This document shows, in pieces, positions 6,656-15,073 of a DNA stretch of 20,647 nucleotides. Position 1 is the stretch's first letter. The number at the start of each line of letters is the position of its first letter. The DNA comes from a virus. Taxonomy: Duplodnaviria; Heunggongvirae; Uroviricota; Caudoviricetes. The DNA lies in the IMG/VR virus record IMGVR_UViG_2585427793_000008, one strand, 5' to 3'. The notes below the pieces were generated by a model, which saw nothing but the letters and a program-made list of their open reading frames with translations, ran no database searches and was not told the DNA's origin. The translations under genes and the position numbers were made by a program.

Positions 6656-7011
6656 TCACTCTCAATTTTGTAAATCTTCACGCCCAGCCGCCCCCCTGGA
6701 ACGAGCTGACCGCGCACAATATTAATTTCATCAAACTGCTCGTCGTCTATGAGCAGCCCTGCATGTGTCAGTGCATCCAGTGGTGCTTTCAGGATATTGT
6801 CCAGGTCACGACGACGTTTATCCGGTGGCTCTGCAATAATCTTTATCGCCAGCCGTCCGGACAGGTTTAATTTCAGTCGCTGCTGGCGAACAATAAGCGC
6901 CACATCACGGCGATAACGCTCACCGGCTTTTGATACAAAATATGTGTTGTCACGACGTCGCCAGTAGGTGTTCACCGTTGGCGGGTAAGGCAAAACAAAC
7001 TCTATACGCAT
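6652..7011 (-). CDS. rusA: RusA Holliday junction resolvase
   Basis: 119 aa; MRIEFVLPYPPTVNTYW... with DLDN and LIDDEQFDE acidic motifs characteristic of RusA; ATG at 7011..7009. Confidence 0.9.
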   Translation of the reverse strand: MRIEFVLPYPPTVNTYWRRRDNTYFVSKAGERYRRDVALIVRQQRLKLNLSGRLAIKIIAEPPDKRRRDLDNILKAPLDALTHAGLLIDDEQFDEINIVRGQLVPGGRLGVKIYKIESE

Positions 7012-7023
7012 CAGTAACCTCTT

Positions 7024-8019
7024 TTACCCAAGCACGCCGGTTGCAAAGGCGTGATCAAGAAAATGAAAAATTAAATCAACCTGGGAACCATGCTTTTCTT
7101 CGAATGCCAGCGGATCCGCATGAAGCTCGTTGTGATGCTCCCGACACAGCGGTAGTGTGAAAATATCGTGGGATTTTGTTCCCATTCCACCCTGACCGTG
7201 GCCTATCAGGTGGTGGGCATCATCAGCAGGCTTTCCGCAACATGCGCACGGCTGCGTCTTAACCCAGCGCGTGTACTTTTCATTAACCCAGCGGCGACGT
7301 TTTGGGCGTAACATAAAAGACTCCGGCGATTCCGGATCCACTTTCAGCGCCAGCACCTTTTTCGCCTTATCCTGGATGATGCTGGTGGCAGTAACCGAAG
7401 GCACAAGGTCACTTTCCCGGGTAACAGACGGCACAACAGGCTTCGGTAATCTCAGTGCCTTACGGGCTGCACTTTCCGGTAAGGCATCCGCCAGATCATT
7501 ACGAATCAGCCACCAGCACAGTTCAGGCATTGTCACAACGTGACTGTCGTCAAAACCGAGCTCCCGACGCACAACAGACAACACCCAGCGGGCACAGTTA
7601 TCCGTTGCCATTGATTCCAGCCGTTCCGTGAACTGATCACGCAGCTGGTTATCGCAGTGCCAGCACAGACGGATTGCGCCCGGCGCGTGTCGCATTGTGG
7701 TCATGTTCTCGCTGTGCCAGCCGGAATGAGGCCACTGACAGCCCTTTTCACGAAGTAACCAGCTTTCAAGACATTCCACACCACCAGCACGACGGATCAC
7801 TGCCTCATTGCGGAACACGGCCCGAACGGCAGGATCATCCGCCAGCGGTTGTGATGCCGCCGGAACGGCACCACTGGCGAAAGATGAATAACGTTCCGGC
7901 TCAGGCTCCAGCAGGACACGCCCCTGCATAAACAGGGGCATCAGCTCTGAACCAGGCCTGAACAATACGATCCCCATACGCGGGGCAATTTCAGGGGTCA
8001 GTAGTGCTCTCACGGTCAC
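7024..8019 (-). CDS. DUF968-family protein (YdfU-like) with HNH-like C-terminal motif
   Basis: C-terminal CACCGKPADDAHHLIGHGQGGMGTKSHD...CREHHNELH is a Cys/His-rich HNH-like motif. Start uncertain (GTG 8019 or GTG 8013). Confidence 0.55.
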   Translation of the reverse strand: MTVRALLTPEIAPRMGIVLFRPGSELMPLFMQGRVLLEPEPERYSSFASGAVPAASQPLADDPAVRAVFRNEAVIRRAGGVECLESWLLREKGCQWPHSGWHSENMTTMRHAPGAIRLCWHCDNQLRDQFTERLESMATDNCARWVLSVVRRELGFDDSHVVTMPELCWWLIRNDLADALPESAARKALRLPKPVVPSVTRESDLVPSVTATSIIQDKAKKVLALKVDPESPESFMLRPKRRRWVNEKYTRWVKTQPCACCGKPADDAHHLIGHGQGGMGTKSHDIFTLPLCREHHNELHADPLAFEEKHGSQVDLIFHFLDHAFATGVLG

Positions 8020-8064
8020 CTCAGCGAACGGTATTGCATGAACGCAGAAGAAAAAATTCAGCCA

Positions 8065-8322
8065 TCACGCAGTAAACTCCTTCACCAGTATTTCAAACTG
8101 GCTTACCTGGCCTTCCAGTTCCGCCACGCAATCCACCAGCTCATCCACCGCCTTTTGTGTGCGGTGTTTTGCCAGCAGCAGATCACGCAGCGCCGGAGTA
8201 AGCTGCTTGCGGAGCGTATCCTTTGCCACGCTCGTTTTTTCCATCTGTTCAGCACAACGAAGCATCTCCTGCGCCTGCCGACGAAGTTGTTCCGGTGAAA
8301 CAGTGGTTGTTCTGTTATTCAA
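8065..8322 (-). CDS. Hypothetical helical protein, 85 aa or less
   Basis: ORF begins with TTG overlapping DnaB stop; first ATG is codon 20; predicted helical. Start uncertain. Confidence 0.3.
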   Translation of the reverse strand: MNNRTTTVSPEQLRRQAQEMLRCAEQMEKTSVAKDTLRKQLTPALRDLLLAKHRTQKAVDELVDCVAELEGQVSQFEILVKEFTA

Positions 8323-9710
8323 AATAAACGCTCCGTTTTACTGCCCGACATGCGGTTATTGCTGTATCTGCGCGGATTGCCCGGCGTCATGGGTGTGGAA
8401 AGAACCCGGGCACTCTCCTGGTCCACTGGCAGAAAATGTCCGTTATGAAAACGCCGGTAAATGGTCCCGAGCGTGCCATTACGCTGTTTCGTGATGTTGA
8501 TTTCTGCTATGCCTCCGGCCTGCGTTTCCGGGTTGTATACCTCATCCCTGTAAAGCATCAGAATGATGTCGGCATCCGCCTCGATTTCCCCGGAGTTTTT
8601 CAGGTCCGAGTTCATGGGGCGTTTATTGGGTCTGGATTCCACGCCGCGGGAGAGCTGGCTCAGAGCAATCAGCGAAAAACCGCCGGATTTTGCCAGGCTT
8701 TTAAGTCCCTTTGAGATTTCCCCCACCGCAAGGTCGTGACGCCCCGTGCTGCGGGTTTTAATCAGGCCGAGGTAATCGACCACCACCAGCGCCGTTTCCG
8801 GGTGTTTGATCCGGTGGTGCTTCGTGGTTGCACATATCTCATCAATGGTCAGGTTTGCCTGGTCCACCATCCAGATATTACGCCCCGTCATTCGTCCCAC
8901 ACCCTGTGAGAAGCGTGCCCAGTCTTCGTCTTCAAAACGGGCAACAGACTTAAGACGGGATACCGGCATTCCACCGGCAGCAGACACCATACGTTCACCA
9001 ATCTGGATGTTCGCCATCTCCATGGTGAACAGAAGCACGCCATGCCCCTGCTCAGTCACCTTGTCGATGATGTCCAGCGCCAGTTCGGTTTTCCCCATCG
9101 AAGGACGGGCAGCAATGAATACCAGGTCGCCAGGCTCCATCCCCCCTGTTTTTGCGTCCAGTTCATCAATACCGGTCATCAGCGTTCTGGATTTCTCCAG
9201 TCCCTGATTCCGGCATTCAACACGGTCGACCACTTCCGGAAGTACATCATCAATGTGAACAGGCTGAATGACGCCCTTTTCCATCGACAATGAGGCCATC
9301 ATGTTTTGAGCATCCTTCAGAGCATCTTCAGCTGCTTCACAGGTATGCGCATCACGTAATTTCTGCAGCGCCTCATTCAGTGTTTTTTCTGCATCACGCA
9401 ATGCGGCATTGCGCCGCAGCGCTGCAACATAGTGCTCCAGTGACGACTTCACCCAGGTTTTGCGCCCGGTATCAGTAATCACCGGGGCAAGTTCCGGCAT
9501 ATCATTGCACAGCAGCACAGGATCAATCGCACCTGAAACACGGGCCTGTCTGCAGATGCCTGTGTAGATATCCCGATACGCTCGTACAGAAAAAACGTCC
9601 GCCGGTAGTGTGGCCAGAATATCCATCACTTCATGATCTGCCCCTCGCAGAAAAAACGCGCCAATGACAGCGCCTTCCAGGTCATCGTTACGCCAGACAG
9701 GAGAAGTCAT
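8319..9710 (-). CDS. DnaB-family replicative DNA helicase
   Basis: 463 aa; Walker A ARPSMGKT, DnaB-like C-terminal domain (LIALSQLSRGVESR, DLKNSGEIEADADIILMLYRDE); ATG with AGAGGTG SD, ATGA overlap with upstream gene. Confidence 0.9.
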   Translation of the reverse strand: MTSPVWRNDDLEGAVIGAFFLRGADHEVMDILATLPADVFSVRAYRDIYTGICRQARVSGAIDPVLLCNDMPELAPVITDTGRKTWVKSSLEHYVAALRRNAALRDAEKTLNEALQKLRDAHTCEAAEDALKDAQNMMASLSMEKGVIQPVHIDDVLPEVVDRVECRNQGLEKSRTLMTGIDELDAKTGGMEPGDLVFIAARPSMGKTELALDIIDKVTEQGHGVLLFTMEMANIQIGERMVSAAGGMPVSRLKSVARFEDEDWARFSQGVGRMTGRNIWMVDQANLTIDEICATTKHHRIKHPETALVVVDYLGLIKTRSTGRHDLAVGEISKGLKSLAKSGGFSLIALSQLSRGVESRPNKRPMNSDLKNSGEIEADADIILMLYRDEVYNPETQAGGIAEINITKQRNGTLGTIYRRFHNGHFLPVDQESARVLSTPMTPGNPRRYSNNRMSGSKTERLF

Positions 9711-10585
9711 GCAGCCACACCTCTGATACGAGAACGATAGCTGGGCCAGTTAAACGACAACCAGTTGCGTCCCCCGTCTGTGATCCTGTCGGCAATGCGG
9801 GGGCTGATGAATGCCCACAACTCTTCCGGTGAAAGGTTGCTGATCAGGATGGTGGGCAGGATGCTTTCGTACCGGGCATTGATAATTTCCTGCAAAATAG
9901 CCATTTCAGCCGCGCTGCCAAACTGAACGCCGACTTCGTCGATGATCAGCAAATCCATTGACGCATAATGCTCAATAACTTCATCCGCTGTTTTTTCGCT
10001 GTCATTTCGCCAGCAGTTTTTCACAGCACGGGTAAGGCGCATCACATCAGTAATCTCCACACTAGCCAGATGGTTACGGATGATGTGTTTTGCCATAGCC
10101 ACAGCCAGATGATTTTTTCCAGTACCACAACTGCCTGTCAGAACAAGACTGGTACCGTTAGCCAGAACATCCTCCCAGCTCTCCGCATAGCGGCGGCAGG
10201 CAGCAAGATTTCTGGCTGCATCAGAGTTAATCTCCTGATAGTTTTCAAACTCACAGTCGCGAAACCTACAGGCAACACCAGCATTCTCAATCAGCACATC
10301 AGCTTTCATTGCAACCAGAGTCCGATGTGTCACATCCATTTCATCCACCAGACACTCCGGACAGCGGGAAATTTTTGAGGCAGCGCCCCCCTGCCGATCA
10401 TCCCACACCAGTATATGCGTACGATATTTACCGTGTTTTTCGCAGCATCCAACCCCTTCAGATTCCCGACAGGCACGGTAAGGCCATGGCTTTTCGCCAT
10501 TCTGAGCAAATGCAATCTCTGCCCGTAACTCATCCATTCGCGCCTGTAGTCTTGTTTGTTTCTCACGTTGGTCAATCGTCATCAT
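9707..10585 (-). CDS. DnaC/IstB-like helicase loader ATPase with N-terminal Cys cluster
   Basis: Walker A GSCGTGKNHLAVAMA, Walker B DLLIIDEVG; N-terminal CRESEGVGCCEKHGK...CPEC. Preferred start ATG 10585 (GAGGTG SD); track ORF extends to 10594 (GTG). Confidence 0.8.
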   Translation of the reverse strand: MMTIDQREKQTRLQARMDELRAEIAFAQNGEKPWPYRACRESEGVGCCEKHGKYRTHILVWDDRQGGAASKISRCPECLVDEMDVTHRTLVAMKADVLIENAGVACRFRDCEFENYQEINSDAARNLAACRRYAESWEDVLANGTSLVLTGSCGTGKNHLAVAMAKHIIRNHLASVEITDVMRLTRAVKNCWRNDSEKTADEVIEHYASMDLLIIDEVGVQFGSAAEMAILQEIINARYESILPTILISNLSPEELWAFISPRIADRITDGGRNWLSFNWPSYRSRIRGVAA

Positions 10586-10595
10586 CGCTGTCACC

Positions 10596-11420
10596 TCAGA
10601 ATGTCAATTTGTTACTGGATTTACCGAATTTGTCAGACATGGCTCCCAGGCCAGCCAGGACATCGACCTGTCGCTGTCGCCCACCTCCGTGAGCGGCTGG
10701 CTGTTGCCAGTAATCTTCGAAGTGACGATCGGGTCCAAAGAACGTCGCAGCCTGCTTCACGAACTGTGTGCCGGTATTTCCTGTAGCACGTACCCAGGCG
10801 GCATACCGCTTCACGCCATCAAGCATGGTCTCCGGTTTTATTCCCTCCCTGATACGGGCTTTCCAGGCTTTGAAGGCTGCTGACTTGGAATTGCCACCAG
10901 CACGTTTGGGATATTCCTGCCAGGCCTGTTCAAATTCCGGTGAATATTCCTGTCGGGCGGAACGCGCTGGTGCAGACGCGTCAGCGGATGCGCCAATAGT
11001 TGATTCATTGACTGGTTCTTTGACTGGTTCAAAAGAGTGACTGGTTCTGGGTGAATCTCCTGCACTACCCCCTGGTGCAACTCCTGCACCACCTGGTGAA
11101 TTTGCTGCACTAGGTAGTGAATTATTTGCACTACCACCTGGTGAATCTTTTGCACCATCAAGACGAAGAAGATAAATATTGCTCGAGTTCCCTTTTTCAC
11201 CTTTCCGGGAAACTTTTTTTACCAGTCCGGATTCACAAAGAGCCGTAATATGATTCATCACAGAACGTTTGCTAATCTCGCACTGATCAGCAATATGCTG
11301 ATAGCTGGGCCAGCACTCGCCCTGATCGCTGGCATTATCCGCCAGCTTAACCAGAACCAGTTTTCGCAATGGATTCCCCACACGAATTTTCATCGCTTTA
11401 ACCATCAGCTCCATGCTCAT
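10596..11420 (-). CDS. Replication initiator / replisome organizer with N-terminal HTH and Gly/Pro/Ser-rich linker
   Basis: N-terminal LVLVKLADNASDQGECWPSYQHIADQCEISKRSVMNHITAL resembles phage replication-protein HTH; linker encoded by the iteron repeats; GGGAGGTG SD before ATG 11420. Confidence 0.65.
   Translation of the reverse strand: MSMELMVKAMKIRVGNPLRKLVLVKLADNASDQGECWPSYQHIADQCEISKRSVMNHITALCESGLVKKVSRKGEKGNSSNIYLLRLDGAKDSPGGSANNSLPSAANSPGGAGVAPGGSAGDSPRTSHSFEPVKEPVNESTIGASADASAPARSARQEYSPEFEQAWQEYPKRAGGNSKSAAFKAWKARIREGIKPETMLDGVKRYAAWVRATGNTGTQFVKQAATFFGPDRHFEDYWQQPAAHGGGRQRQVDVLAGLGAMSDKFGKSSNKLTF
11009..11155. repeat. Direct-repeat iterons inside the initiator gene, candidate origin of replication
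   Basis: Three copies of TGACTGGTTC (11009, 11021, 11038), then five about 19-bp repeats ending in CTGCAC/TTGCAC (starts about 11047, 11071, 11092, 11113, 11137) with 21-24 bp periodicity. Confidence 0.55.
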
Positions 11421-11641
11421 AGAACACCTCCCTGGCGTTTAAACATTTTTCCGGACTGAAACACTGCCAGTGGATAGCTAAGGGTATGAGTGCGTCCCTG
11501 AACCTGGCAGACAACCTTCTGACTTTCTGCATTGACCAGGCAAACCCGCAGAACGTGACCGTTGCTGGTGGCAAACCACTGCCCCACGCGGGGGCAACAG
11601 TTGTATCGGTGATACAGGGAATTAACGACGCGGCGAATCAT
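11417..11641 (-). CDS. Hypothetical protein, 74 aa
   Basis: ATG 11641 with GGGAGGTG SD and ATGA overlap with upstream stop; stop overlaps initiator start. Track ORF 11417..11656 uses an upstream ATG. Confidence 0.4.
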   Translation of the reverse strand: MIRRVVNSLYHRYNCCPRVGQWFATSNGHVLRVCLVNAESQKVVCQVQGRTHTLSYPLAVFQSGKMFKRQGGVL

Positions 11642-12300
11642 GGGCGCACCTCCCATTGATTACGGCAGAAAGCGGTAAGATTCAGGCTGTTCTCTGCCTC
11701 ATGGAATGCTTCAATGCAGCTCTCGTAGTACCGCATTGTGCGCAGACTTAACCCAAGCTGAAGCATCATCAGACCATCAAGGGTGATGTAATAACCACGC
11801 AGGGAGTCACCGTAGATGTGATAAGTACCCGGTATGAAATTGCGGGTAAAAAACTCGCGTGAGCAGTTCAGATACTCGATTTTGTCGACGATGTTCTGGT
11901 GCATGCGCTTAAAGTGGCAGGCAACATGCAGGGAGAAAATAACGGCCTTGCCGTTGACAACTTCAATTTTGAGGAATGGGGAAGTTGGGACTGTAGCCAT
12001 GATGGCAGCCTCCGTATGCAATGGATAACTTCCACCACCGGAGCTGCGAAACTCACTGGTGGCAGACTGAACAGGGTTCGCAGTACCGGCGCATACGGAA
12101 ACCGGCGAGCCTTTCGGCTCCCCTGCCCAGCCCACCATAATTCTGGCGTGCGTGAGCGCGGACGATAAAAAAGACGCTGGCGCGCCGTATATCGCCGTAT
12201 GCAATTCCGGGCTGCGACCCCCGGCACCCGCTTTATAAGGTGCGGAGACAGTGTAACGTCCCGAAATTGCAGAATCAATATTTGGTCTTGAAATGATCAT
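11638..12300 (-). CDS. Hypothetical protein; boundaries uncertain (possible real start at ATG 12000 giving 120 aa)
   Basis: 220-aa ORF has a low-complexity Gly/Ala/Ser-rich N-terminal half; internal ATG 12000 has a GGAGG SD 9 nt upstream; a second long ORF overlaps in another frame. Confidence 0.35.
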   Translation of the reverse strand: MIISRPNIDSAISGRYTVSAPYKAGAGGRSPELHTAIYGAPASFLSSALTHARIMVGWAGEPKGSPVSVCAGTANPVQSATSEFRSSGGGSYPLHTEAAIMATVPTSPFLKIEVVNGKAVIFSLHVACHFKRMHQNIVDKIEYLNCSREFFTRNFIPGTYHIYGDSLRGYYITLDGLMMLQLGLSLRTMRYYESCIEAFHEAENSLNLTAFCRNQWEVRP

Positions 12301-12384
12301 ATAGCTGCTGATATCTTTAGAACTGTTCTTGGATGTTTCGGAACCGTTTTATGCGAAACAGCTCCCCGTTATTGATGTTGAGTG

Positions 12385-12410
12385 AGCCGGGTTACTCCCG
12401 GCTTTTTTTT
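12385..12410 (+). terminator. Intrinsic terminator oriented against the early-right operon (plus strand)
   Basis: AGCCGGG-TTACT-CCCGGCT perfect 7-bp stem followed by T8 on plus strand, abutting the Rha-like stop codon; no U-tract on minus strand. Confidence 0.45.
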
Positions 12411-13117
12411 CACCGCTGCCAACCAATAACCTGAAATAACCCCATTTTCGGGTGATACCAGCGAGTCCCTCGCGGTTCTGCTTCCTCCATAACCCGATAA
12501 AAAGCAGCCATAAACGGTTCCACAGCAACAATTGCGCGACGTGACAACAATCCGTCCGGCGTCATGAACTCATGGGTGTCTGTAGGAATCTGATAGGCGT
12601 TCACCAGATTGCGGCATTTATCATCTGACAAACCGGTTTTTGCTTTCAGTTGGCGATATCCGGCATAGCCCTCACGAATAGTGCCCTTTTTAATTTGCTC
12701 GACTGTTTCAGCAACGTGGCTGACTTTTTCTTCCACCTGAGTGATCCGTTTCTGCTGACGAACTGCTTCAAGAGCCATCGCGGCAACCATTTCGATTTCG
12801 CTCATTGGCTTACGGATCTGTTCTTCCAGTTCGCGCCAGCGATCTACCAGGCGAGCAGTGAATTCAGGACAGAGCTGTGCGACGACAATGATGCTGTCGC
12901 GCTTACCTTGTTCTCCTTCAAACAGGTAATGCTCATATTGAACTTTAAAACCTAAGTTATTGATTCTTTCGGAAACCTCAATTTGAGGAGACCGGACAAC
13001 ACCACCTTTGGCTAATGTTTCAATAGTGCGTTTCACATTGTCATGACGTTTACCCACCAGCTCTGCAATTTCAACGCTGGTCATGGATACTTTGCCGTTA
13101 AAAATTGCGATGTTCAT
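12410..13117 (-). CDS. Rha-family phage regulatory protein
   Basis: N-terminal MTSVEIAELVGKRHDNVKRTIETL matches the recalled Rha N-terminal motif; ATGA overlap with Cro-like stop. Confidence 0.7.
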   Translation of the reverse strand: MNIAIFNGKVSMTSVEIAELVGKRHDNVKRTIETLAKGGVVRSPQIEVSERINNLGFKVQYEHYLFEGEQGKRDSIIVVAQLCPEFTARLVDRWRELEEQIRKPMSEIEMVAAMALEAVRQQKRITQVEEKVSHVAETVEQIKKGTIREGYAGYRQLKAKTGLSDDKCRNLVNAYQIPTDTHEFMTPDGLLSRRAIVAVEPFMAAFYRVMEEAEPRGTRWYHPKMGLFQVIGWQR

Positions 13118-13404
13118 TGTTTATCTCCTGCGTGTATTCCATCCGCTCTGTGTGGTGAACTTGGATTTAGGCTTTTGCGTAACAAGTTAGGAATTCCATC
13201 TTCAGGGTGAGGATAAAGATCTGGCCTTAAGCCATGAGGCGTAACCTTCCATGCAACTACTTCACATACTCGTAAAACGAAACGAGCAGGAATTGTGCTT
13301 TTTGAAAACCACTGATTCACCGCTTGCGGCGTCACACCAAGATTTCGCGCTATGGCATTTTGCGCAATTAATGCACGAAGTTTGTCGTAATCATTTCCTT
13401 CCAT
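13114..13404 (-). CDS. Cro-like / YdaS-like HTH regulator
   Basis: 96 aa; HTH segment IARNLGVTPQAVNQWFSK; first gene of the minus-strand early operon, divergent from cI. Confidence 0.6.
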   Translation of the reverse strand: MEGNDYDKLRALIAQNAIARNLGVTPQAVNQWFSKSTIPARFVLRVCEVVAWKVTPHGLRPDLYPHPEDGIPNLLRKSLNPSSPHRADGIHAGDKQ

Positions 13405-13537
13405 AACAAAGCACCAATATTAACTTTATAAATCAAGAGTACATCAAGTTTAAATTAACATGCAAGTTACAAAAGGATCGAATACACTAAAATCAAGTAA
13501 AGATTTATCCTTGTAAAGAAACCCACAGGATTTGGTC
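13405..13537. promoter_or_regulatory. Immunity-region divergent promoter/operator interval (pR/pRM/OR analogue)
   Basis: AT-rich 133-bp spacer between divergent cro-like and cI; octamers AAATCAAG (about 13429 and 13490) and ACATCAAG (13441) repeated; AGGA SD before cI ATG. Confidence 0.5.
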
Positions 13538-14227
13538 ATGAAGAACGTCAAAAACACGGAAAATCGAATAGCCGCGATGCTGAAAGCAAAAGGATGGACT
13601 CAGGCTCAACTGGCCCGCAAGTTAGGTGTGAGTGCGCAATCAGTGCAGTACTGGACAACAGGAAAAACATTTCCACGGAGTGATAAGCTCGCGCATTTAT
13701 CAGAGATTAGCGGTTATCCACAATCCTGGTTCTTAGGTGAAGACTCCTCACCAACCTTTTCCTCGCAAGAGAAACACCAGACAAGAACAGATAGCGTCGT
13801 GTTTAATGTCCTTGATGTTGAGTTTAGTTGCGGTGATGGAACTCATGTCCGTGGTGACTTGATAGATGTAGTGCGCTCAATAGAACTTGATCCTGAATAT
13901 GCCCGACGTCTTGTTGGAAATCGGGCATTCAAAAATATAGAAATAGGTAACGCCAGAGGAGACAGTATGGCTCCCACAATCTCACCTGGCGACCTTCTTT
14001 TTCTTGATAAGACAGTAACTTATTTTGATGGCGATGGTATTTATGCATTTTGTTTTGATGGAGAATGCTACGTGAAAAGGCTTCAAAAAATTGGAAGCAA
14101 AATCATGGTGTTATCTGATAACCCCAATTATCAACCATGGAGCATCGAAAAAGAGGGGTTAGCTCTGCTTTATATCCAGTCTAAAGTGATCTCATCAGTA
14201 CCATTCAACATAAACAGATTTGGTTAG
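13538..14227 (+). CDS. CI-type repressor (N-terminal XRE HTH + C-terminal S24 LexA-like peptidase)
   Basis: HTH WTQAQLARKLGVSAQSVQYW; S24 motifs GDSMAPTISPGDLLFLD and YVKRL (Ser-Lys dyad). ATG at 13538; track ORF starts at upstream TTG. Confidence 0.9.
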   Translation: MKNVKNTENRIAAMLKAKGWTQAQLARKLGVSAQSVQYWTTGKTFPRSDKLAHLSEISGYPQSWFLGEDSSPTFSSQEKHQTRTDSVVFNVLDVEFSCGDGTHVRGDLIDVVRSIELDPEYARRLVGNRAFKNIEIGNARGDSMAPTISPGDLLFLDKTVTYFDGDGIYAFCFDGECYVKRLQKIGSKIMVLSDNPNYQPWSIEKEGLALLYIQSKVISSVPFNINRFG

Positions 14228-14239
14228 TCTTTGATTTTA

Positions 14240-14260
14240 ACGGGCTTTGCCCGTTTTTTT
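14240..14260 (+). terminator. Intrinsic terminator after cI
   Basis: CGGGC-TTT-GCCCG followed by T7. Confidence 0.7.
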
Positions 14261-14290
14261 CTGCCTGAAATATACGATATCAATTTTTTC

Positions 14291-14319
14291 TTGACAGGCT
14301 ATTTCCCAAAACATAATAT
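14291..14319 (+). promoter_or_regulatory. Strong sigma70 promoter (pL-like position) with flanking operator-like repeats
   Basis: TTGACA (14291-14296), 17-nt spacer, TAATAT (14314-14319); downstream CTTGATTTGATTCAA contains the reverse complement of the OR octamer AAATCAAG. Confidence 0.6.
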
Positions 14320-14372
14320 CGCACCATCAATTATAACTTGATTTGATTCAATTTAAAATTGTTGGTGGATAT

Positions 14373-14834
14373 ATGAAGACACTAAAAGCAACTCCAGAAA
14401 CAACTAATTTTATCAACTGCGGCTGTGTTACGCTTAAGGGCTTAGAACTTGATTCCTTTGCATTAAATATTGCAAATTTGCTAAGTGCTGTACGCACATT
14501 CCATCTTCTGGATTGTGCTCGCTCAAAGGAACTGGGCATTGAGGTAATGGAATTTATCCATGAATATGCTCTATCTGCTGCTTCTCCTGCGCAACAAAAA
14601 CAATCCTTCCCTGAAAGCTGGCTGGTTAACCTTCGCACCCAACGCGAAGCCTGCGGCTTAACAACCGCCGAACTCGCCAGGCTGCTCGATCTCGATGAAG
14701 AAATTATCATCCAGTGGGAGAGCGGAGAGTATGAACCAACTATCAGTATGCTTATCCCACTGGCAAATATTCTTGGCTGCGATGCGATGTGGCTGTTAAC
14801 TGGCGAAACGGCAGCAAAGGATATCTGCGCATGA
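14373..14834 (+). CDS. Protein with C-terminal XRE-type HTH, 153 aa, unknown N-terminal domain
   Basis: ATG 14373 with GGTGGA SD; C-terminal CGLTTAELARLLDLDEEIIIQWESGEYEPTISMLIPLANILGCDAMWLLTGE is a classic XRE HTH. Confidence 0.5.
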   Translation: MKTLKATPETTNFINCGCVTLKGLELDSFALNIANLLSAVRTFHLLDCARSKELGIEVMEFIHEYALSAASPAQQKQSFPESWLVNLRTQREACGLTTAELARLLDLDEEIIIQWESGEYEPTISMLIPLANILGCDAMWLLTGETAAKDICA

Positions 14835-15073
14835 AAAACTGTAATGCTTACCATATTTGTCTCATTGGTGAATTGCTTGATTTCATACAAAAAAGCACTG
14901 CGCGCAATAATAAAAATATAACATATGGTGATCTGGTAATAATTTCAGAGGATATAAAGAGCATCGCTCTTAAATTCAAGAGCGACGCGAGTATTGATGA
15001 CGCTATTTACGCTTATCTTGCGAAAATAATTGACGGATCCAAAATCCAGCCTCTGGATGAACCTCGTCAGTGA
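14831..15073 (+). CDS. Hypothetical protein, 80 aa, translationally coupled to upstream HTH gene
   Basis: ATG 14831 overlaps upstream stop (ATGA); 3-prime end overlaps convergent minus-strand gene by about 70 bp. Confidence 0.4.
   Translation: MKNCNAYHICLIGELLDFIQKSTARNNKNITYGDLVIISEDIKSIALKFKSDASIDDAIYAYLAKIIDGSKIQPLDEPRQ

Noticed and set aside
8038-8298. Plus-strand 86-aa ORF antisense to the 8065..8322 gene
   Set aside because: Antisense to a minus-strand operon with coupled genes; no SD; likely spurious.
11009-11155. Possible CRISPR array
   Set aside because: Repeats are short-period iterons lying inside a coding sequence, with no unique spacers and no cas genes; consistent with an origin, not CRISPR.
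11868-12278. 136-aa minus-strand ORF in an alternative frame
   Set aside because: Arg/Pro-rich translation typical of an out-of-frame read through GC-rich sequence; no SD.
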